Below are positions 15,439 to 24,000 of a stretch of 24,000 nt of DNA, piece after piece. Below the pieces are notes generated by a model. That model was given only the letters and a program-made list of their open reading frames with translations. It was not told where the DNA came from and ran no database searches. Each line of letters begins with the position of its first letter. Position 1 is the first letter of the stretch. Location of the stretch: assembly GCA_963810195.1 (NCBI GenBank), contig CAWEMO010000002.1, forward strand, positions 442,824-466,823. Direction: 5' to 3'. Origin of the DNA: an uncultured Acidimicrobiales bacterium (GTDB lineage: Bacteria > Actinomycetota > Acidimicrobiia > Acidimicrobiales > UBA8190). A program made the position numbers and the translations under genes.

Positions 15439-16961
15439 TGGCAGAGCTGACCATCAACGCCGACGAGATCGCCGCCGCGCTGCAGCGGCACGTCACCGAG
15501 TACACACCCGAGGTCTCCGCCGAGCAGGTGGGGCGCATCACCGAGGTGGGGGACGGCATCGCCCGCATCAGCGGCCTCCCCATGGTGGCGGTGAACGAGC
15601 TGCTCGAATTCGAGGACGGCACGCTGGGGATCGCCCTCAACCTCGACGAGGACACCGTGGGCGCGGTGGTGCTGGGCAGCGACGCCCACATCGAAGAGGA
15701 GCAGCTGGTCCGGGCCACCGGGCGCATCCTGTCGGTGCCGGTGGGCGACGGGCTCCTCGGCCGGGTGGTGAACCCTCTCGGCGAGCCCATCGACGGCAAG
15801 GGGGCGATCGGGGCCACCGAGACCCGGCGGCTCGAGGTCCAGGCACCGGGCATCGTGGACCGCCAACCGGTGAAGGAGCCTCTGCAGACCGGGATCAAGG
15901 CCATCGACGCCATGACCCCGATCGGCCGTGGCCAGCGCGAGCTCATCATCGGCGACCGCAAGACGGGGAAGACCACCGTCGCCATCGACACGATCCTCAA
16001 CCAGAAGGGCCAGGGGGTGAAGTGCATCTACGTCCCCATCGGCCAGAAGGGGTCGTCGGTGGCCCAGACCGTGGCGACGCTCGAGGCCCACAAGGCCATG
16101 GACTACACCGTCGTGGTCAGTGCTCCGGCGTCGGAGCCCGCCCCGTTCAAGTACATCGCCCCCTACGCCGGCTGTGCCATCGGCCAGCACTGGATGGAGA
16201 ACGGCGAGCACGCCCTGATCGTCTACGACGACCTGTCGAAGCAGGCCGAGGCGTACCGCCAGATGTCGCTCCTGCTGCGGAGGCCTCCGGGCCGCGAAGC
16301 CTACCCGGGCGACGTGTTCTACCTGCACAGCCGCCTCCTCGAGCGCGCCGCCAAGCTCTCCGACGCCCGCGGTGGGGGCTCGCTGACGGCGCTGCCCATC
16401 ATCGAGACCAAGGGTGGCGACGTGTCCGCGTACATCCCCACCAACGTGATCTCCATCACCGACGGGCAGATCTACCTCGAGTCCGAGCTCTTCTACGCCG
16501 GGGTCCGGCCGGCCATGAACGTCGGCATCTCGGTCTCACGCGTCGGCGGTGCCGCCCAGATCAAGGCCATGCGGTCGGTGGCGGGAACGCTCAAGATCGA
16601 CCTGGCCCAGTTCCGTGAGCTCGAGGCCTTCGCCACGTTCGGGTCCGAGCTCGACAAGGTGTCCCAAGCTCAGCTCGACCGGGGCTATCGCCTCACGGAG
16701 CTGCTCAAGCAGTCCCAGAACGCCCCCCTGCCGGTCGAGGAGCAGGTGGTGGTGATCTACGCCGGCTCGAACGGCTGGGTGGACCAGGTGGCCGTGTCGG
16801 AGGTGCGCCGCTTCGAAGCCGAGCTCCTCGAGTTCATGCGGAGCAGCCACCCGGAGATCCTCGAACACATACGCAGCCAGGGCACCTTGCCCGACGAGTC
16901 CGAGCTCAAGCGCGCCCTGCAGGCGTTCAAGGACTCCTTCGTCGCCATCGAGGGTGATTGA
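15438..16961 (+). CDS. atpA: F0F1 ATP synthase subunit alpha
   Basis: 507-aa ORF with Walker A GDRKTGKT and the blocks [46 protein letters not shown]. Confidence 0.98.
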   Translation: MAELTINADEIAAALQRHVTEYTPEVSAEQVGRITEVGDGIARISGLPMVAVNELLEFEDGTLGIALNLDEDTVGAVVLGSDAHIEEEQLVRATGRILSVPVGDGLLGRVVNPLGEPIDGKGAIGATETRRLEVQAPGIVDRQPVKEPLQTGIKAIDAMTPIGRGQRELIIGDRKTGKTTVAIDTILNQKGQGVKCIYVPIGQKGSSVAQTVATLEAHKAMDYTVVVSAPASEPAPFKYIAPYAGCAIGQHWMENGEHALIVYDDLSKQAEAYRQMSLLLRRPPGREAYPGDVFYLHSRLLERAAKLSDARGGGSLTALPIIETKGGDVSAYIPTNVISITDGQIYLESELFYAGVRPAMNVGISVSRVGGAAQIKAMRSVAGTLKIDLAQFRELEAFATFGSELDKVSQAQLDRGYRLTELLKQSQNAPLPVEEQVVVIYAGSNGWVDQVAVSEVRRFEAELLEFMRSSHPEILEHIRSQGTLPDESELKRALQAFKDSFVAIEGD

Positions 16962-16964
16962 ACG

Positions 16965-19357
<2,393 letters not shown>

Positions 19358-19365
19358 CACCACCG

Positions 19366-19830
19366 ATGGCCATCTTCCCGGCAACACTGGTCACCCCCGA
19401 GCGCATCCTGCTCGAAGAAGACGTCGCGGCCGTCATCTTGCGCACCGACGGCGGTGACGCCGCCTTCATGCCCGGCCACACCCCGCTGATCGGTGCGCTC
19501 GTGCCGGGAGCGGTGCGTTTCCAGCACGAGGACGGGACCGAGGAGCGCGCCGCGGTGCACGGCGGGTTCGTCCAGGTGGCCGGGGACCACGTTCGGGTCA
19601 TCGCGCCGGTCGCCGAGCGCTCCGAGGAGATCGACGTGGGACGCGCCCGACGTGCCCTGGAGGCCGCCAACGAGCGTGTCGCCGAGCTCGGCGGGGCGAG
19701 GTCGGGCGCCGGCGATTCCGGCGAGGAGGCGCCGGTGGACCGGGCATTGGTGGACGCCGAGGCGGCCCGGCTCCGGGCCGAAGTCCGCCTCGAAGTCGCC
19801 GGCGCATCGTCCGACACGCGGGCGTCCTGA
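19366..19830 (+). CDS. atpC: F0F1 ATP synthase subunit epsilon
   Basis: 154-aa ORF with an N-terminal beta-sandwicch-type sequence (LVTPERILLEEDVAAVILRTDGGDAAFMPGHTPLIGAL) and a C-terminal helical hairpin containing a G/S/A-rich linker. It is the last gene of the atp cluster. Confidence 0.9.
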   Translation: MAIFPATLVTPERILLEEDVAAVILRTDGGDAAFMPGHTPLIGALVPGAVRFQHEDGTEERAAVHGGFVQVAGDHVRVIAPVAERSEEIDVGRARRALEAANERVAELGGARSGAGDSGEEAPVDRALVDAEAARLRAEVRLEVAGASSDTRAS

Positions 19831-19874
19831 GCGCGCCTGCACGCGCCTGCACGTGTGAGGGGCCCTCCCGAGCG

Positions 19875-20678
19875 CTACGGCCGGCGCCCCGAGACCCGGT
19901 GCCGGGCCGCGAAGGGCACGGCGAAATCCGGGTCCCCGAGCAGGGCGAGCATGGCGTCGTAACTCGCGTCGTCGACGGCGTGTCCGTCCAGAGGCTCCAT
20001 GTGGGCGGGGTCGGTGACGAGGGGCCGGATGTTCTCGAGGGTCTCGCGCCAGAACGCGGCGGCCGGGGAGGCCCCGGTGAGCAGGTCCTCGCGCACGTCG
20101 TCGTGCACATCGACGAAGCCCAGCGCGACGAGCCGCGTGGCGAGGCCACGGGCCCACGTCCAGCGCGTCGCGAGCGGCACCATCACCTCGAGGAACGGGG
20201 CGGGGACGCCGGGGAGGGACACGGCCCGCTCCGCCGGCGCGCCGTCCGCCTCCTCGAAGAGCACCACGCCGCCGGGAGCCAGTGCGGGCACGAGGCGTTC
20301 CACCACGGCGTCGGGGTCGTCGAGGTGCATGAGCACCGACCGAGAATGGACGAGATCGAAGCACGACGACCCGAACGACATGGTCGTGAGATCTCCCTCG
20401 ACGACCGTGACGTTGGGACTCGCCGCCAGGTCCGCTAGGAGGGTCGTGTCGCGGTCGATGGCGGTCACCGAGCCGGCCGCGCCCACCCGGTCCGCCAGCC
20501 ACCGCGCCACGGAGCCCGCGCCGGCTCCGAGCTCCGCGCAGCGCCATCCGGGCGCGACCCCGAGGCGTTCGAATTGCCTGATGGTGGAGGCGTCGTGCAG
20601 GGACTGCAGAGTCCCGAGCCGGGCGGCCTCCTCGGGGGCGGCGTTGCGCAGGGGGTAGCGGCTCGGCGAGCTGGGCAC
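19875..20678 (-). CDS. class I SAM-dependent methyltransferase (substrate unknown)
   Basis: 267-aa ORF with the SAM-binding motif I CAELGAGAGSVARWL, an acidic residue after strand 2 (VTAIDRD), and motif LAPGGVVLFEE. GTG start 15 nt downstream of the glpX stop, so it is probably co-transcribed. Confidence 0.8.
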   Translation of the reverse strand: MPSSPSRYPLRNAAPEEAARLGTLQSLHDASTIRQFERLGVAPGWRCAELGAGAGSVARWLADRVGAAGSVTAIDRDTTLLADLAASPNVTVVEGDLTTMSFGSSCFDLVHSRSVLMHLDDPDAVVERLVPALAPGGVVLFEEADGAPAERAVSLPGVPAPFLEVMVPLATRWTWARGLATRLVALGFVDVHDDVREDLLTGASPAAAFWRETLENIRPLVTDPAHMEPLDGHAVDDASYDAMLALLGDPDFAVPFAARHRVSGRRP

Positions 20679-20693
20679 GGACCGTCCGATCGG

Positions 20694-21689
20694 TCAGCCG
20701 AACTCGATCTGGCTGTACTCCCGCAGCTTGTGCAGGGCGTGGCGCGCGCTCACGAACCGCACCGTCCCCGATCGGGAACGCATGACGAGCGACTGGGTGG
20801 TCACGCCGTAATCTGCGTAGCGCACGCCCTGGAGGAGCTCGCCGTCGGTCACGGCGGTGGCGGCGAAGAAGCAGTTGTCGCCCTTCACGAGGTCGTCGGT
20901 CATGAGCACGGTGTCGAGGTCGTACCCGGCCGCGATCGCAGCACCGCGCTCCTCGTCGTCGCGGGCGAAGAGCCGTCCCTGGATCTCCCCGCCCATGCAC
21001 TTGAGGGCAGCCGCGGCGATCACCCCCTCGGGAGTCCCCCCGATGCCGTAGAGGACGTCGACGCCCGAGTCCGGCCACGCCACGGAGATGGCACCGGCCA
21101 CGTCCCCGTCGGAGATCAGCTTGATGCGGGCCCCGCTGGAGCGGACCTCCTCGATCAGCTCCTTGTGCCGAGGCCGGTCGAGGATGACGGTGGTGATGTC
21201 ACGGATGGACTTGCCCAGCGCCTTGGCCACGGCCTCGAGGTTCTCGGTGGGCGAGCGCCGCACGTCCACCGACCCCGCCGCCTTGGGCCCGACGGCCAGC
21301 TTCTCCATGTACACGCAGGGGCCCGGGTTGAACATGGTGCCGCGGTCGGAGACCGCGATCACGGCCAGTGCCCCGGCCCGTCCCAGCGACGTCAGGTTCG
21401 TCCCGTCGATGGGGTCCACGGCGATGTCGGTGGGGGGAGGCGACCCGTCCCCGATGTGCTCGCCGTTGTACAGCATGGGCGCGTGGTCCTTCTCGCCCTC
21501 GCCGATCACGACGACGCCGTCCATGGTGACGGTCTGCAGCACGACGCGCATCGCCTGGACGGCGGCTCCGTCGGCGCCTTCCTTGTCGCCCCGGCCCATC
21601 CACCTCCCCGCCGCCATGGCGGCGGCCTCGGTGACGCGGACGAGCTCCATGGCGAGATTGCGGTCGGGTGCGCGGGGGTTGGGCGCCAC
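20694..21689 (-). CDS. glpX: class II fructose-1,6-bisphosphatase
   Basis: 331-aa ORF with [62 protein letters not shown] and MRSRSGTVR. From memory it is near-collinear with mycobacterial GlpX. GTG start. Confidence 0.95.
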   Translation of the reverse strand: MAPNPRAPDRNLAMELVRVTEAAAMAAGRWMGRGDKEGADGAAVQAMRVVLQTVTMDGVVVIGEGEKDHAPMLYNGEHIGDGSPPPTDIAVDPIDGTNLTSLGRAGALAVIAVSDRGTMFNPGPCVYMEKLAVGPKAAGSVDVRRSPTENLEAVAKALGKSIRDITTVILDRPRHKELIEEVRSSGARIKLISDGDVAGAISVAWPDSGVDVLYGIGGTPEGVIAAAALKCMGGEIQGRLFARDDEERGAAIAAGYDLDTVLMTDDLVKGDNCFFAATAVTDGELLQGVRYADYGVTTQSLVMRSRSGTVRFVSARHALHKLREYSQIEFG

Positions 21690-21695
21690 GACCCG

Positions 21696-21701
21696 ACCAT
21701 A
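21696..21701 (-). promoter_or_regulatory. -10-like hexamer TATGGT (minus strand), exactly 6 nt upstream of the glpX GTG (predicted leaderless transcript)
   Basis: The minus strand reads cgcgtTATGGTcgggtcGTG, placing the hexamer at -12..-7 relative to the first base of the start codon. Pattern only. Confidence 0.35.
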
Positions 21702-21823
21702 ACGCGCCGGGTGCGCTTCGTGGGCTCCGTGCCGTGTCCTCCGGGCGGCGCCGGGTGTCCGAACCTGGGGATTCCCGCTCGAGGCACGAGAGGGCCGCGA
21801 CCGGGCCGTTAGGCTGGGGGGCC

Positions 21824-23509
21824 ATGGAATCCACGCCCCACGAGGACCTCGACGGGGGGCGGACGCGATGGCAGGAGGCGTACGAGTCCTCCACTCTGCG
21901 GGACGCCGATTTCGAGACGATGTCGGGCATCCCGCTCGAGCCCGTCTACGGTCCCGCCGACTGGCCCGAGGACCGGGCGGCGCCGCGTCTGGGCTGGCCC
22001 GGAGTCCCCCCTTACACCCGGGGGCCCTATGCGTCGATGTACCGGTCGAAGCTCTGGACGATGCGGCTGTTCGCCGGTTTCGGGACGGCCGAGGACACCA
22101 ACGTGCGCTTCCGTGAACTGCTGCGGGCGGGTAGCGACGGGCTGTCGGTGGCCTTCGACCTGCCGACGCTCATGGGCCGGGACTCCGACGACCCTCTCAC
22201 CGAGGGTGAGGTGGGGCGTTGCGGGGTCGCGGTGGACACCCTCGCGGACGCCGAAGACCTCTTCGCCGGCATCGACCTCGGCTCGGTGACGACGTCGATG
22301 ACGATCAACTCGCCCGCCCCCATCCTGATGGCCATGTACGTGGCCGCGGCCGAAAAGGCCGGCGTGGCGCGTGGCGCCCTGGGGGGAACTCTCCAGAACG
22401 ACATCCTGAAGGAGTACCAGGCCCAGAAGGAGTACATCTTCCCGCCGCGGCCCTCCATGCGCCTCGTCGTCGACGTCGTGCGCTTCTGTGCCGCCGAGAT
22501 GCCGAGGTTCCATCCTGTGTCGGTGTCGGGCTACCACATCCGCGAGGCCGGATCGACAGCCGCGCAGGAGCTGGCGTTCACCCTCGCCAACGGCTTCGCC
22601 TACGTGGAGGCCGTCATGGCGGCGGGGCTCTCAGTCGACGAGTTCGCCCCTCGGTTGAGCTTCTTCTTCAACGCCCATCTCGACTTCTTCGAGGAGATCG
22701 CCAAGTACCGCGCCGCGCGCCGCATCTGGGCGCGCTGGATGGCCGGCCGCTACCACGCCCATGCGCCGCGTTCGACCCAGCTTCGGTTCCACACCCAGAC
22801 CGCCGGCGTGTCGCTCACGGCTCAGCAGCCCGAGGTCAACATCGTCCGCACCGCCATCGAGGCACTGGCGGGCGTCCTGGGCGGGACACAGAGCCTGCAC
22901 ACCAATTCGATGGACGAGGTGCTGGCCCTGCCTACCGAGAAGGCGGCGCGCATCGCGCTGCGCACGCAGCAGGTCCTCGCCTACGAGACCGGTGTCACGA
23001 ACGTCTCGGACCCGCTCGGGGGGTCGTGGTTCGTCGAGTCGCTCACCGACGAGATCGAGCGCCAGGCCGAGGAGACCTTCGCCCGGCTCGACGAGTGGGG
23101 CGGGGGCTCGATGCTCGAAGGCGTCCTGTACGGGATCGAGCACAACTGGTTCCAGGGCGAGATCGCAGATGCCGCCTACGTGTTCCAGCGCAAGGTGGCG
23201 GCCGGCCGCAGGACCGTCGTGGGGGTGAACGCCTTCACCGAGGGGAGCGAGGAGCCCGCGCCTCCCACGCTGCACATCGGGCCCGAGGTGGACGAGGCCC
23301 AACGCAAGCGCCTGTCGGCGGTCCGTCAGCGGCGTGACCAGCAGCAGGTCGACGCCGCGCTGGCGGTGCTGTCCGCCAGCGCGGTGGCGTCGGAGGTGAA
23401 CCTCATGCCCGCCATCCTCGACGCGGCGCGTGCGTACGCCACGGTGGGCGAGATCGTCGGAGCCCTGGCGTCGGTCTTCGGCCGGTGGGCCGAGAACCCG
23501 GTCGTCTGA
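21824..23509 (+). CDS. coenzyme-B12-dependent acyl-CoA mutase, large (substrate-binding TIM-barrel) subunit; isobutyryl-CoA mutase (IcmA)-like
   Basis: 561 aa counted from ATG 21824; the raw ORF start at 21668 overlaps glpX and is rejected. Conserved blocks: [66 protein letters not shown] and [16 protein letters not shown]. There is no C-terminal B12-binding (DxHxxG) domain. Confidence 0.9.
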   Translation: MESTPHEDLDGGRTRWQEAYESSTLRDADFETMSGIPLEPVYGPADWPEDRAAPRLGWPGVPPYTRGPYASMYRSKLWTMRLFAGFGTAEDTNVRFRELLRAGSDGLSVAFDLPTLMGRDSDDPLTEGEVGRCGVAVDTLADAEDLFAGIDLGSVTTSMTINSPAPILMAMYVAAAEKAGVARGALGGTLQNDILKEYQAQKEYIFPPRPSMRLVVDVVRFCAAEMPRFHPVSVSGYHIREAGSTAAQELAFTLANGFAYVEAVMAAGLSVDEFAPRLSFFFNAHLDFFEEIAKYRAARRIWARWMAGRYHAHAPRSTQLRFHTQTAGVSLTAQQPEVNIVRTAIEALAGVLGGTQSLHTNSMDEVLALPTEKAARIALRTQQVLAYETGVTNVSDPLGGSWFVESLTDEIERQAEETFARLDEWGGGSMLEGVLYGIEHNWFQGEIADAAYVFQRKVAAGRRTVVGVNAFTEGSEEPAPPTLHIGPEVDEAQRKRLSAVRQRRDQQQVDAALAVLSASAVASEVNLMPAILDAARAYATVGEIVGALASVFGRWAENPVV

Positions 23510-23523
23510 CCAGGTCGGGACGG

Positions 23524-24000
23524 ATGGAGCGCTTTGTCGTGCGCCCGGGGGGGCCGCTGCACGGGACGGTGCGCGCCGGCGGGGCGAAGAACTCCGCGCT
23601 CAAGCTGATGGCGGCGTGCTTGTTGGCCCCGGGGCGCCACGTCCTGGCCGGGGTGCCGCGCATCGTGGACGTCGAGATCATGGCCGAGGTGCTCGGCGCC
23701 ATCGGCGCACAGGTGGGGCGCGGCCCCGACGGGCCCGGAGGCGGCCCCGGGGACCTCGTCGTGGACACGCCGGCGACGCTCGTCCCCGCCGCGCCGTACG
23801 AGCTCGTCGAGAAGATGCGCGCCTCGGTCGTGGTGCTCGGGCCGCTCCTGGCGCGCTCGGGACGGGCCAGCGTGTCGCTCCCCGGTGGCGACGACTTCGG
23901 CAACCGTCCCATCGACATCCACCTTCACGGCCTGTCGACGCTGGGAGCGGTGTTCGAGACGGTGCACGGCAACATCGAGGGCCGCGTGCCCGGTGGTGCG
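23524..24000 (+). CDS. murA: UDP-N-acetylglucosamine 1-carboxyvinyltransferase (5' part, runs off the window)
   Basis: The frame is open from ATG 23524 to the window end (159 codons): MERFVVRPGGPLHGTVRAGGAKNSALKLMAA...EKMRASVVVLGPLLAR...VSLPGGDDFGNRPIDIHL. It is not in the supplied ORF track because no stop codon falls inside the window. Confidence 0.93.
   Translation, partial: MERFVVRPGGPLHGTVRAGGAKNSALKLMAACLLAPGRHVLAGVPRIVDVEIMAEVLGAIGAQVGRGPDGPGGGPGDLVVDTPATLVPAAPYELVEKMRASVVVLGPLLARSGRASVSLPGGDDFGNRPIDIHLHGLSTLGAVFETVHGNIEGRVPGGA

Noticed and set aside
19831-19874. An intrinsic terminator between the convergent atpC and methyltransferase genes.
   Set aside because: Only a near-palindrome (GAGGGGCCCTCC) with a sterically impossible loop and a 10-bp tandem duplication are present. 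There is no stable stem-loop followed by a T-tract on either strand.

Overview
This is a high-GC, tightly packed window made up almost entirely of housekeeping genes, in the gene order typical of Actinomycetota (mycobacteria/Streptomyces-like synteny; the exact taxon cannot be determined from the sequence). The order is: hom (3' end)-thrC | rho | rpmE | prfA-prmC-tsaC | LEH-like protein > < thiolase-like protein | rpiB-glyA-wecA | small AtpZ/AtpI-like gene-atpI-atpB-atpE-atpF-atpH-atpA-atpG-atpD-atpC > < SAM-methyltransferase-glpX | B12-type acyl-CoA mutase large subunit-murA (5' part). All real genes show strong G/C third-position bias. The many long R/P/G/A-rich ORFs on opposite strands or in alternative frames are high-GC artefacts.

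I found no tRNA or rRNA, no CRISPR array, no transposase, integrase or phage genes, and no recognisable defence or toxin genes. I also found no convincing evidence for a novel multi-gene system; this looks like an ordinary core region.

The observations worth a second look are single-gene or small-scale:
- The ATP synthase delta subunit (306 aa) has an internally duplicated N-terminal domain.
- The c-subunit carries Met at the position equivalent to mycobacterial Ala63, a diarylquinoline-resistance determinant.
- MurA has Asp in place of the fosfomycin-targeted Cys.
- The acyl-CoA mutase has isobutyryl-CoA-mutase-type (Phe/Gln) specificity residues and no adjacent B12-binding subunit.
- A thiolase-fold protein lacks all three catalytic residues, and it sits next to an LEH-like protein that keeps only part of the active site.
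- A 13-bp tandem repeat across the atpB stop codon places TAG in all three frames.
- Several -10-like hexamers lie exactly 6 nt upstream of start codons, which predicts leaderless mRNAs.
- thrB is absent between thrC and rho, where there is instead a long structured rho leader.
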